Below, in pieces: positions 37,801 to 52,800 of a DNA stretch of 64,000 bases. Every line of letters begins with the position of its first letter. Position 1 is the stretch's first letter. Origin of the DNA: Antedon mediterranea (lineage: Eukaryota; Animalia; Echinodermata); contig NC_092672.1 in NCBI RefSeq assembly GCF_964355755.1, positions 10,168,001 through 10,232,000 on the forward strand, in the 5' to 3' direction. The notes beneath the pieces were generated by a model. The model ran no database searches. It was not told the origin of the DNA and saw only the letters and a program-made list of their open reading frames with translations. The position numbers were made by a program, and so were the translations under genes.

Positions 37801-40800
37801 GTATCATCATTCCTGTAGGCTTATATATTATTATTGTTCACCATCCATGGCCTCAAATTGATAGATGTAACCGAAAGCAACATTTAAATATTTGTATAAA
37901 TGTAGTTATAACAAAAGACTTACCAGTTACCATAATGGTTCTGATATTGGCGTCGTTTAGTTCGTGAATGACTGGGGTAGTTTCAGGTTTTAATGTATTC
38001 TGCATTATAAGTAGTCCAAGAAATCGCAATTGACACTCAACTTTGTCTCTGTACAGTAAACAAGAGAAAACAACTCTATTAATCAAACAAATCGATGACA
38101 GAAAACAAAAACAATATTTTATTCAAATAGATAACAATATGTGTATTCCAATGCCGGAAGAAAAAAGTTTAGTGGAAACAGGGATGGACAAAGTGATGAA
38201 GGTCTTGAAAACAGTTTGTGTGAATTATCACGAAATTAAAATTCAATAATAGATTGTTGTGAATTGTACCTATATTATTAAAAATTCATACTATGGTGAT
38301 GACAATCATGGTAACAGAAGTAATAGTGTTAGGCTACCTTTGCAGATTCTGTAGTTTTTCCCATGGTAGTCTTTCACCCAGCGGTCTCCATGCTAACGCT
38401 AAAACGCGTAATCCATGATAGGTGTGTTCTCGGAGAACCGAATAAAAATCTTCTGGAACTAATTTTGGGAGAACAAAAATATTAATAGTTTTTTTTGTGT
38501 TTGTTATTTTTAATTTTAAATTGTATATCAAAAGCAGTTAAGCTTTGTTACAGACATTTGTGGTTTACATAATATGAATGGAAAATGAAAGTGTGTGAAT
38601 CCTAGATTTACCCGTGTTTGGATCGCTGAGTGAAGCTATCATTTCAGGAGCGCCTTTGACATAAACTTCCATGTCTGGGGAACCAGCCTTCTGTGTTATG
38701 ACACTCATTCTTTGAAGATCAGAAGCAAATGGAAATTGTCGAACAATGCCGATTTCCTTAATTCCCTACGTAAGAAGAAAGTATATCATTTTATTAATTT
38801 AAAAAAACAATATATTTTGACAAAATGTGTATTTGAAAAATGTCTCAATTGAGATGTAGTACTAAGAGGACTGTCATTCCAAGGAAATTGTTAGAATGGT
38901 CAAAATGTGGTTGCGCCCTCAATCGTTCCTTTGGTGATTAACTGTGATTTCTGGTACTTGTGTTGATTTATTTTTTGTTTTGTTTCTGTTAATTTGTTTT
39001 AGTGTTGATCCTCGAATTTGTCTATTATTTGTTATTGTATCTTACATCTTTTTCCCAAGGTGTAACGCTTCCATTGAGCTGATGTGCAGGAGGTCTGACG
39101 ATTGTGTGAACAGGAATAGAAAACCCAGTGTCATCGTCCTCTGACGCATCTTCAAGATGCTGAAAAATAATACAATACAATACAACCTCTTGTTAATTGT
39201 TGATAATATACCGTATATAAATAATAATTAATACAAATATATAATTGATTTTTTAATTGGTATTCTCAAAACACATTGAATCAATCAAACATTAATCCGT
39301 GCATTATTACTATTTGATATGTTTGTTTTGTCAATCAATTCAAAGATGAATCAAAAACTAAACAGCGGCACGAAATATATTTCACCTGTTTAGTCTCAGA
39401 CAAGGAATGTTTGTACATTGCCGTCAATATTCTTAATATCCAATTCTCATTTCTGGGGAACATAATATTTGTTAGAAGTGTTAACAATCCCGACGGTTTA
39501 TCGATTCAATAGATATTTCCGGAATTATGTTATATGCAGCTGAAGCTTACCCACTGGACAGCTTGAAACATCTGTAGATCTAGAGGGTCCCCGTGAAGTT
39601 TTCCGTCTATCCTAGTCAGTGAATGACTTGTAGCCATCGCAACGACAAACGGTCCAAACGGAAGCCTGGTGGCGTCCTCAATCATCATAAAGCTATTATT
39701 TGATTTACAAATAAATGAAATGTTAACGGATTTGTATTGTATTGTATATATCAAGTAGGCCTATATATATATATATATTTTTTTTAATTATTTTTTTTAA
39801 CCTTTCTTCAATTCATAAGATAGGCTTATATAAATTTTTATAAATCCGTACTGTACTACTACGCCTCGCAAGCTCCTAGTTCATTTAATAAAGAATGCGT
39901 ATTGTGTTTACTAACAATTTAAAAATTCAATCAAGATTATTCTGTGTAGTCCTACACTCACGAGAAGTAAATGAACCGTGACGACGTCATTTTGTTAAAC
40001 CTACTTTAGCGGGAGATGCCAGGCTTAGCCGATCATTCACTCTTTTCTAATCTAACATTAATGTAGTACATTTTCCTCCAAATTTAACTTAAAACTTATG
40101 TTTAAAAGATGTTATACCCAAATGGTTGTTGACGTCTGTTCGCCATTTAATTCTATTATCATTTGTGTTTAGCAAACGACATGAAAACAGGCTGATAATT
40201 ATAAACAACATGCAATATACAGCCACTTCGGAATACATCAAAAGAATATCATGCAGGTGCAAACACTAGTTTAGTGGAAAGGTAGGCCCGAAAACAAAAC
40301 GTGTTATGCTGATCTATCGCAAGGCACGCCTAAGGTGTTGTAATCATGTCATGTTATAATGAGTTTATTAAACTGATTTAAAAAAAGTGTTTAAATATAT
40401 TCTTAAGTGTGCAATATATTAAAACATTGCGAGTGTATTTTATTGCCGTTGTCCTAAATAAGTGTTAAAATAGTCTTCAGTGTGTATAATATTATATTAA
40501 AACAATGAGAGTGTTAAGTTAATGACTCAAAAATGTGCTAATATATTCTTCAGTGTACAATATTATACGTTCAAGGTTTAAACAACAAATGTTGACAGAT
40601 GCTTTTTTTTTTGTTTTTCTATCAACGGGTCTATCAACAAATTTGAAAAAGATTTACAGACTGGGCAGCAACAAAATAACCTCCATGCAGGCAAAGAGAT
40701 GGGCGATGTGTAATTGGGGTAAATTGGTCAAATTAATGAAATATTATTTTTAATCAAGCTAAATCCAGTACAAAGACACACGCAAATTGGTAAGATAATT

Positions 40801-43800
40801 TTTTATATTGTTTTTTTTTTTCAATTATTGTTTGACAAGGGTCGTTTCGCATGCACAGTTTTGCCGATCTTTAATTAAGAGGTGCAACGGATGCGTTTAA
40901 AGTATGATATAATGCCTAGTAGGCTTACCTTTAAAATGTTATACCCACCTTGTGTTATCAATGTTGAGGTTTACATCACCATGATTTCGGAAATAGTTCA
41001 TAAGACTATTGATACATCGGAAAGAAAGCAAAAGTACAGACATACGTACTGTAGCATGCATGAAAGAATATTCATCAATTATGCAAATTATTGCTTATGA
41101 ATATTAATCAACTTACACCTTGTTTCGAAAATTATTATACATTCCATACTACTATTCTTTCATAGATGAGGAAAGTTACTAAACACTGATGATCTATTTC
41201 ATTATGCAAACTAACCAGTGACCAGCGCATGTGCGGCAACCACTTTAGCGAACAAGTTTTGTTGAAACGTATTTCTGTTAGCTTTCGTGTAATTTTAATA
41301 ACCAAGATATTGACATCCAATACTGAACATCGAATGTTCGACTGCAGTATTCCTCTTGAGGGTTCTGAACTAGAAAATTCACATGTTTGTTTCAATTAAT
41401 TTATTATTTATTTATTTTTAATTTATTTATTTGTATTGCAAAATACGAGTCTGATAAAAATGGAAAGTGTTAATAACACAAATCATACACAAAAAGAAAA
41501 TTGTGAGATAGGACACTATTTGCAGATTAAATTGCATGTGACCAATGTAAAGGAACACGCCAACTCGGCTTGTGAAGACAGAAGAGACTGACTTTAATGG
41601 GCATCCAATCATCATCATGTTGTAGCTTTCCTCATCTTTTTTCAAAGACCATTTTTAAACATAGTAAATATATAACCAAACGATACAATAACACAAGTGC
41701 AAATAACCGTGTGGCTATCATGGCGAACATGCAAATACACATAAATACCATATTTAAAATATTTCTATAACTTACATTTCGGTCTTTACCGGGGAAACGC
41801 CAAACAATTCAAGGTGATCTTCGGTTAAAGTACCAGTCTAAAAAGCAATATCATTAGTTATAGTTTCTCTACTCTTAGAGTTTCTCTTCTGTATATATAA
41901 ACTCTAAAAGTACAAGACTATGACATTATGACAGCAGTTCAAGAATAAATTGTGCCTTCTAGTGAGCGCTTTGTCTACATTATCAAACTGATATAGAAAT
42001 GATGACGCCATATCACATTTTGAGCACATCACATTTTTTTTGTCAAACTAATTTGATAGTGTTGACAGAGCTTTAGATTATATACATACCTTGTCAAAGC
42101 AGACAACATCTAACATACCACTAACGTTGATTCTCTGAGGGCTTATGCAGAATATACCCAGCGCTCTCAAACGTCGCTGAGCATACACCATACCGATCGT
42201 CAAAGCGGCTGGCAAGGCCGGTGGAACGGCGATAGTGAATACGTCTAAAGCCTTGGTTATGATATCCTTTACCGAGTTCTAAACGGTGGAGAAAAATAAT
42301 TTGTATAATATATAAATAAAGGTACGTAGCTGTAATTTATATTTGTTTATATACTACAACGCAAATCTCCTAACAATTGTGGCCAAATGATTTCAATATT
42401 ATGCTTTTAATTATAGTGCCGGTTTACACAAGATATAATTAATCTGCTTTTCCTTCCCGTTCTCTTTCACCTCTAAAATTAGTAAAATCACGTTTCGATC
42501 CTTTTCGTTTCTGGTGTAAATTATAGCTTACCTTGTGCACTATTTTTATAGTTACAACGTAGATGGCGCCAATAAAAGCTGAAAAATAAATAATTAAAAT
42601 AAATTTGATCAACGCACTTGGATTTTAATTTCTTAATCATCTAACAATGTATGTTTTTATGGGGTTTTTGTAATGATGATTTTTCAATTTGTCGTCCTGA
42701 ATTCTATTTTTGCACACTTGTGCAATTGTTTATTTGTATAAATCTCTAGTTATCTTTATTTTCAATATAGCCTATTATAAAATATAAACAAAATCTTAAA
42801 TAGACTCCCTCTGTCGCCCTTATTATCTCTATTATCAGAAACTACCTGTGTGAAGAATTAAAATAATCCTATTAGATTTGCTTTTATCTTACCCAGACAG
42901 GCCAGAACACATATAAATCGTATGGCATCACGGAATAACTTGAAATCCATTGGACGAGGGTAAAGAATGGCTTGCACTAGTGCACCCTTACTGGTTGAAA
43001 ATCCTGCAAAGAAATGTGAAACTTTTAATTTCTTAATGTTGACTCCTAAAAAAACACTTTTCTGTGAAAAAGGAAATATACATTTTAAAATATCTTCCTG
43101 TTAAGGGGTATATTGTTAGTCGCGTGCAAACGCGACTCTACAGAGCTCACTATGTCGGTAAACTTAACTATTTTTAGCACGCGACTACAGCCATGTATAA
43201 TGGCCTTATTTATTTTTTGATAACCATAATGTGTACATCAGAATCTAGACTTGCCCCAAGGCTGTATGTATTGTCTTTTTTATGTCCACACGTCGTCGTT
43301 TTGATTTTTGTCTGAAAATCCAAACTCAAGTAATACACGTATGAAACGCCATATGTGCAAAAATATTTATATTTTTACTAACATTAAGACAAAACTCCGT
43401 CTGGAGCCCAGACTAATCAGAATCCGGTTTTCCGGTCTTTATGGGCATATCACATCCTTTAAAAGTGTGCATACAAATCAACCGTTCAGAGATTCGGCAA
43501 GAATCTTAAAGGATTTGACGAAATTCAGTCATTAATTATTATACAAGAGTATAGCAAGAGTGAGTATAGGAAATTTAAACTTCTTACACGTATAGAAGAT
43601 TATGTTTCACTTACCAGTCCGTACAACAACAGCCAGTAAACTATCCCGGCCACTGCGTCTTGCTTGAAGAAGTTCAGTACCACAGAATAAGGTATGTCGT
43701 TTGTGAGCATCTGAGTTGTAAATGGAACTCTTCTCTGGCGCTGCATCGCGGTCCACCGGTAAATTTGTTTTAATAATTGGTACCGATTCACCTGAATTTA

Positions 43801-46800
43801 ATATAAGTAAGTAAGTTATGAATATATACTTTTGGTTTTCAGGCACTCTGTAAGTTGGTCCATCGTTAGCCAGAATGTGTGACATTGTTGATCGATAGTA
43901 CAATATTTCCGAAGTAGTCTATCGGTCAATCAATTCCACATCCATAAATTACGTTTAGATCTATATGAATTTAGCGTTTTCTCACTTGAAATAGTTGCAT
44001 TGCTACCCTATTAACTATTATCAAATTATTCAATGTTCTTTTCGGGGTAATACTAATTATATTATTAAACAGAAATAATTACTTGATCGAAAAAAAAAAA
44101 ATTTAGAATAGAAAGATATAGCATATGGATAAGAAGGTTTGTCACTTAGGGTGGATATCTACGATTGGTAAAAACCTATATAACGTACCTGTTAGCATAC
44201 TTTCATTCATAATACAAGTGCCACTGATTAGCACTGCATCACAGCTCATTCTACATCCACAAATCGGCAGTTCTATGACATCACCGGGAACTAGATTACT
44301 TTCATCAACTTCTTCAAACTGATCTCCTCCGCGGCATACTGTAACCTTTGAAGACGACTTCACCATTTCTCGTAGATCTTTGCTTTGCTGTGTTGTGTTA
44401 AATGATATTAATTGTTAAATGATTTTTGTTACTAACAGATGGACTTTTTATGATTATTTTTAACGTACTATAAACGGCATTTCCTCCTACATGTAGGCCT
44501 ACCTATACATTGCTATCGACCTACGTGAATCAGTAAGAAGACAATGATATCTTAACATACAGTATAAACAATTTTGATACGCTTAAACTACCACCAATAA
44601 AACGTCTAGATAACCTGAGAGACTTGTTTAGCCATTAGTTTTACATTATTGTATTATATAATTATTATATAATTATTTTAAATGTTTCCAAGATTATCGT
44701 AGCTCAAAATGTGTAACTTTTTCCCCTCCTACCCTCGGAAATTACAGTAGTTATCATTTTTGGTAAGGAGAAAACGAGAAAATGTCGACCATAAATGGGA
44801 AGTTATCAATAGGGGTATTCTACAGGTTAATTATCAGGGGTCCCTTTAGGAATAAGGGCTTTAACAAGGGCGTGTATCAAAAGTTTAAATAGGAAAACAA
44901 GGGCAGTAACCTCCTCCTTTTCGTGTTAAGTGTAGTAATCTTCAGTAACACCTGTATATAATTATTTCAGTTACAGTATTTGTACAGCCATAATCCTGAC
45001 TTACCTTCCTTGTGCTGTAGACAGTTAGTGAAATCGATACGAGCGACATCATAAGAATTGCAACAGAGAAGTATATATAGTTGTAGGCGAAAATCCATAA
45101 ACACACACTAAACACTTGGAATACGTAAAAAGGGTTTAAAGCCTGTACAAATAAATATGACATTAAAAAGATGTTAGAGCAAAATGTGATTCTAATATTC
45201 TAATTATGTGCAAGTCATACAGTAGGCCTACATCTATAGAGATTTACAGATGTTAGTGAATCAAATAAAATATACTAAATGTATAATTAAAATGTCATAT
45301 CTGCTTATTCCCTTATTTTATAAAGTCTATAAAAATTATAATAATATTAAAATTTCTTTAAACAAAATTTAATTTTCTATCATTCATTTATAATGTTGAA
45401 AATGAGTTAGGATTCTCAGTGTTTTGCTGTTACAGCTATGATACAAAATCAGAAAAAGTATTATACAAAATATAAATGCGACCGAAATGAGAAGTATGAT
45501 CATATAGCCAACCTGCCATTAGTATTAGCCATTAATTAGGTTTTAAATGCAATATAATGATATAAATTTGAACTCTAAGTACTGTTATCCTACCTCCTGA
45601 AAAAATAGTACAGGTATTGGTCGAAGTTCCACGTTTATTTTGTTTGCACCATACAGTTCTTTTCTAGAGTAAAACAGTAATACATTATATCTATTTACCA
45701 ATAAGTTTAGATAATATTGATAAAAGATACAAAAAATGATGAAGATGTGTATAAGTATAACACATGAATGAAATTGATTGTATACTATAAATTGTTATAT
45801 CTATCAACTAAAAAACTTTGGACAGCCAAATCATTCATCATAATTATTTTTTAATAACTAAACGTTTAGTATTATTATTTTGTTTAATGTCACACAATAG
45901 TTATTCACGTACTCAAAACCAAAAAAATGGATCGAAAACAAAAGTATTCCCCTAAAAAAACTGTAATTGAAAGTTTTGGGTGAATTTAACAGTTTATTTA
46001 TTTTTTTTATATAAGGAAAAACAATAGTAAAACTATTCAAACCTATCCAAAGTATTTTTTTTTTATTAATCTTCATGTTTCATGTTTTTGAGGGACAATG
46101 CATATTTAAGTGACTGGCTGGAATTTTTTAAGAGACTCAACTACAATGGAGAGACGTGTGAGACGGCAGCTGCCGGTATATCTTCCACGGGGAGGTTGAT
46201 ATAGCAAACCGAGACAGATACGTGTCATAGTTTATTAATGTTTATTATAAATTATACACTTTATTGCCATGGCATGACCTTATTTAGAACTAATATATAC
46301 CATAATATATGTTTTGCAGATTTTATGGAAGAGAGAAGAACGAAAAGAGTTGTCAATTCATAGGTACCTCATTTTCTGTTCGTTTACTGAGAATCCCTTG
46401 TAGTGACTATAGAATGAACCCGTGTGTGTATTGACATCAAGACCCCTTTAAAAAAAAACAAATATTTGATAAAAACAAACGTCAACAAACCTTACACAAT
46501 ACAAAATTGGAATCTCAAATAAAAGGATTGCTGTTCTAACACATAAATAAAACATATAATGAAAAAGTAGCCCACGTTGTATGTATATTAATTTACTGAT
46601 GATGGTTCAAATATCTAGCACAATATATATTATATTCAAACAAATTTCTAAAAACTTAACTCTATTATTATGAAAATAATTTAATAACTCATCTCATATA
46701 TCATTTATATTTTCAAGGACATGTTTTATTTCTTCCGCATTACAAGTCAATTAGGATTTCACCTGCCTATAAAATGATAATTTGTTTTTATTGAACACAT

Positions 46801-49800
46801 ATATGATTTAAATGTGCCGTGGGGCTTTAGAATATGTGTGAGTGTGTTTAGATCAACAATTCAACACATAATTCCAGCTTATTTTTGTAAAATAAAAATC
46901 ATAATTCTAAACCAGACAACCCTATTTTAAAGTTCATTTCGTATTAAAATGTTGTTTAAAATGGACCTGAAATGGATTTTCGATTTTTTTCATTTTAGAA
47001 TGAGGTTTTGGGGGCTATTAGGTGTTGCTAGAATGTATATTGTTACAAAATATAAATTGGCCCTTTTGGGGAAAGCCCCATTTGAAAATCACAAAAATTC
47101 GCGGGTGACGTCACTTTGCGAATATATTCCTATCCCTCCAATTTGCAGTTTTTTGGCTATAACTCTTTAAGTCTATGGAGTATTTTCTAAAAAATGCTTG
47201 TGCATTTGCAGAAACGTATTTAGAATTTTTTTAGATAGGCCTAAAATTATTACCGTATAAACGGTTATTCATCGAGTAAATGACGATTTAAAATCTTAAA
47301 ATCAACGGTTTTTTTCTGGCAATACCGAAGTTGGCCTGGCAACGTTGTCCGGGATACAGCTCCGTGCGCAATGATGCGTATCCATATTTTCCGTTCGTGT
47401 ATTTTGTATCGTTCGTAATTTATACTGCTAAAATGTGTTAGTTTCTTTAGTTTTTAGTTTAGCAGAATTAAATTAGTAATATGAGATGATAATTTATTTG
47501 TCACGAATCAGGCAGTTCGAAAACGAATGTTATTCATATTTTACTTTGGCTTGAAAATGAGCGCAGCAAGTTGTTGATATCGCTTTGGTCCTTGGATGCA
47601 CATGAAATGGAGCCTCGCCGCATGATGTGGGTGGTGGATCGACTCCGCGCACTGGATTGGGGGCCTAGGCCTAGTAAAGGTTTGGGAGGTAGGCCTTCTA
47701 AATTCGGGTTTTAGAACAAACGAAGTACATTTTAGGGACCTATATTTCAACAACATTAGATATTGAATAAATTAGTATTAGTATCAACGCTTCGCGTATC
47801 TTTCCAGGCCGTCGATCATTCACTGACTATCGGGCGGCATACACGCTCTCGATATCATCGTGTGTATAATTATGTGACGTCGTGAATATAGAGGCTTCCG
47901 ACGGCCGTTGAAATAGAATATTGCAATGGCGTGAGTAATTTTCGCTAATTTACCATGGTATCTTAAAATTTCGTTTTTACTCAAAATACTATACATTTTG
48001 TTTTTATTTGTATGGGTTTGTGTTAATTTGATACATTTAAATAACATGTGTGAATTTCTTGAAAATTGAAATTCCATTTCAGGTCCATTTTAAAAACTGT
48101 TGATGGGAATGTTATGATATAATTTGGAACTGTATTAGTTTACGTTGGCAATTATTTCTTCAATTTTTCATCAAAAATAAAATAATCAAAACTTTAACAT
48201 CTGTTCTTTTTTATTCTGTAAAAATCCAAGGAATTGTTCCATGTTTGTTCTTGACTTATGTAACTAGAAGTATGTAGTACCACTTGCGCATGCGGAGATC
48301 AAGTGCGTTTCGTGTATTATAGCGTAACTTTCGTATGTTTCGTCGAAAGATTCCTATTTCTAATTTCAACCTTACCTTAGCTGATGGTACGATTTTTCTC
48401 CATCATTCCAAATATACTTGAGCTTTTTATACATAAAGAATCGAATCTGAAGTCTACTGGTAACCTGCGAATATAATATAGAATATAATGATAATATTTA
48501 ATATTAATATTTTTTATTTTACTTTTTGCGTTAGTTAAATAACCATGATTTTTATAGTACAGTTGAGTGTGTTATGAAACAAACAATTGGTGTTTCGTAT
48601 ATTAAGTAAAGATTGTTTCATTCAACGTGGGTGAGTTAAGAAACAATCACATGTTTAAGCTAATGAAAATGTTATATTCATTCAACAAATCAGTAAAAGT
48701 AGGGTAAATAGTACTATAGTAATAAAACAAAACAACTGACTCACAGTTCCATTTTGATTGCTCTCAACTTGTGTTTTCATTTCTGTTTTCTTTAACTGAA
48801 TGTTATCCCTATGAAATAGTCATAATGCAATTATTATTATTAATATTGTTATTATTATTATTATACAATTATGTTAGAAATAATAATTTCTTCGGGTATG
48901 TAATTACAGTTGTATTCAACATTTTAGTACGGTTTCTACAGGGCCTAGTCATAAACGATGTTCCCTTTGATAAATATGTACGTTGTAGCATACCTTTGTT
49001 TGTATACGTTTATGAAGCAACTTCAATGTTTACATAATCAAAAGTGAATCAAACTAGTCTTTTAGGATATGGTTGCATTAAGGCCAATTTACACAGACGA
49101 GTGGTAACGACAAGCCTGTCTCATAATATAGAATCTATATTTAGATTACCGTTTACCGTCTGTGTAATCTGCCCTTTATGCGGCACATCGCAGCAACTCA
49201 GAATTATGCGTTCGTTTGCCAAAATTGAGAGAGAAGAGTTAATTTTACTCTTTCACGGCATTATACATCAATTTATGTATTATCGACTACATCAACTTGG
49301 AAAATGGTTGTAGTCGCTGCTGCTACCACAACACAAATACGATTGTAAGCATGCGCAGTATTGTTTTTCTACTTACATTGGTAAAGATGTTGATGAGTAT
49401 TGAATTTGAGCAACATGCCAACGTTGGTATACATCCTATTGGATAAAAAACAACTAGCAATCTTTGTAAGTGAATACTTTATAACAGAATATGTTTTTAT
49501 TTACTATTATCGGTATGAGATTCTGACTAATTGTTCAAATGGTAGACATTAAAATTGAGCACTTTCTAAATGCTTAATTGAACTAAATTACATTATTAAG
49601 TGTGGTTTCCGTTCCACTTCTCTACTTTCCATTATTTGTAATGATGATGTGCGATTCCTTTGGTCAACTAAGTAGTTTCATTCATACTTTGTTTGCACAA
49701 AGACAAAACACATTAAAAGTATACCAACATTATTTTTAATAACAAATCATGTATTGATTGTTACATTGAAGTTAAACGTGTTGTGCGCCATCCACTTTGG

Positions 49801-52800
49801 ATTTTATTTCACTAACCGTAAATGTTCATTGATTTTGGAATTTTTATTTAATTCTTGATAATGATATTGATTGATTTACTAAAATTGTAAGGAAATATGG
49901 ACTTTCGGTTATGTGCAGAAGAATGATCAACATTACCATCGCTTTGGTTTACAACATGTAGGCGTATTTAATTATTTACTAAAGACATATATAATAACAT
50001 AGCAAATATTGACGTTCTGTAATGGGCCGATCACTCAACCATGAAATATAAGCGAGATGGTGTAATTGTATCTCAGTATTGCTATCAGCCTAATTCTTCA
50101 GTAATTATGTTACAAAATTAATATTATTGAATAAACATTCGGTTTTTATTGGTTTAAATAAGTGATGAAGTAAAATGTATTAGTAAACTTAGGCATATTA
50201 AAGAATACATTTAAAACAAATATAAAACAAGACAATACAAAACAAGTAATAATATCATGCTGAAGAAATAGACCAAAATTCTCCTTAAGCTTACCTTCAG
50301 AATAATTGTATTTGCGTCTTGCAAAGAACTGCGTGTAGACATCGCTTTCACCTTCCATTCTGGTTTCCAATAAAAAACCAAAAAGAGAAGGCCAGCGGAT
50401 AAAATTCCAAGAATGTAACATATGCATGTTTTCAAATCGCTTTTTTGGTACCCATGTAGATCCTTAAAAAGAAAAAAGAAACTTTAGAAAAATCTAAACA
50501 TGAAAGCATAAGTTACTATAGTTTTCATTGCTGCAAGAGTTATCAGATGTCATAGGCGCAAGTTTTAAAAGACCTTTTTATGGCAGCAAGAGTTGCCAGA
50601 CCTTGTCATGGGAGCAAGAGTTGCCAAACCGTCTCATGGAAGCAAGAGTTTCCGGACCTTGTCATGGGAGCAAGAGTTCTCAAAGGTTTTCATGGGAGCA
50701 AAAGTTATGATATTTTCATGGAAATGATGGTTACCAGACCTTGTCATTAGGAGCAAGTGTTATCATACCTGGTCATGAGAGAGCAAGAGCTCTGGACTTT
50801 GTCTCATGGTAACAAAAGTTACCAGTTACCTTGTCATAGGAGCAGGTATTACCAGAACTTTGTCATAGAAGCAAGTGTTAACAAATCTTGTCATTGGAGC
50901 CAGGAGTTACCAGTCGGGCAAAGCAAGATGTATGCGCACATACGACCATTGTTGGTGCAACAAAAATATAAGCACATAATTTAAATGACAATTATACTGA
51001 AATGAATAAAGTTACCTTATTTGCATGAGAAAACACGAAGATGAGACCGGTTAAAATTATGTTTCTAATACCTTTATACGTTATACAATTATTAAAAAAA
51101 AAAATCCACTGAACGCAAGATGTAGAGAGTGTCCTAACGTACTGATAAGTACGCAACAGGGGAAACATAACCAATTGATACACTTACATTAAATAGAATT
51201 ACTAGTGCTATAAAAAAAGAAAAGAAAGCTGCTATTAATTATTCTAACAGACCCTACCTTGTCAGAAAATGATAGCGGTAATTCGTCGTCCATCGTATAT
51301 ATATAATATTTGTTATTCCATTAATATTCAGTAAACCTGAGAAGTTACATGCATTTACACGTGCCCTTTTTTAACACCTTCCTTGTGTAAGCGAAAATCT
51401 ACAAATGGGTCGAACTATTATAAAGTACCGGATAGGGACACGATTTGTAGGTCAACAATGTGTATACAACAAACAAACAGGACCAAATGTGACAAACAGT
51501 AACTTGGTGTCACGTGACACGTCGGTTGGATTTAACACCCACGTATAAACAATCCTATTATCGTACTTTGAAAATGTAGAGACATATTATAAGGTTAAGA
51601 TGTGTTTCCTTTTTAGATTTACCGAAACCGAAACAATGCTCATTCATTCTTCTTCTACAAGTAAAATGTGATATATGTACGCTTGAGTATGTCTAGATAA
51701 ACAGAACTCTGTTTTTAGTCGCGTGCAAACGCGACTCTACAGCTCACTATGTCGGTCGGTTGGTCGGTCGGTCTGTCGGTAAACACAAACTCGAATGTGC
51801 GCACGCGACTGCAGTCATGTATATGACCTACGGTTTGTTATGCATCAAAATGTTTGTGTTTTGAGCCAAGAGTCTGAAAATTAGGGTTTAAGGATATTTT
51901 CCTAAAAAAAGGAAACGTAATAAAATAATATATAGATTTTTTTTCCATTTCATTCGTACATTTGGTGGAGAACTGCAGTCATTCATTCAATCAATCAAAT
52001 AATCTAACTAATATACATTTATTACTCACGCGTAAATAGTTCTTTTCTGGCGGCATGGAAACAATTAAATATTTATGGTTTACAATATTAACTAAATTTG
52101 TTTTATTAAATATATTTTTATCATCTTAGTGATTCCTAAATAAGTGTTAGAGGTACCAAGGTGTTGAAGTGTTTGACATCAGCCATAGCAACAGAAGCTT
52201 TTTAAATAAACCAATCAACGTTGCTAGAGCAACATAAATACTCTTTGAAAAATAAGTGTTGTATCGCGTTGGTAACTTTTATTAATGCATTGTTTCATGA
52301 GTTTTAGAGGGCGTCCGTCACCATAACAAACACGGAAAGTAAATTTGCATGATCAGCAAAGGTAACACTACTTTCTTTCACGAAAGGAAATTCTTTTGAG
52401 AATCTAAATCTATAAAAGACAAACATACAACCTCCCGGTAAAATGAACAATGGTTGGCATTATGATACGTGTGAATTGTGATGTAGACAACTTGGTTGCA
52501 CTTCACGATAACACCAACAGTTTAACCAACACTATTACGCAAACAAAACGCTGAGGACCAATTTCCTATTTTGACGCAAGTCTAACCATCTTGAAATTAG
52601 TAAATCCATAAAATTGATGATCAGTATTCATTTTGTATCGAACCAGGGAGATGTAAACCCTAATCGAACATTGTGTAGAAATGAAAGCAAAATCGCTACT
52701 TATATTCTTATAACTGGGATAAGGCTTTATAAATTGACCACCAGTATACATAATAAACTCCATTAACTGAGCTACTCCAGTACAAAAGAACTACTATTGT

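Noticed and set aside
48994-49053. Possible ATP13A exon with AG and GT boundaries
   Set aside because: It has stops in all three frames, and the 48745-48808 exon satisfies the phase requirement.
50527-50984. ORFs over the intronic 28-bp repeat, or a CRISPR-like array
   Set aside because: It is a simple degenerate minisatellite with no spacers; the ORFs have non-ATG starts and are repeat-derived.
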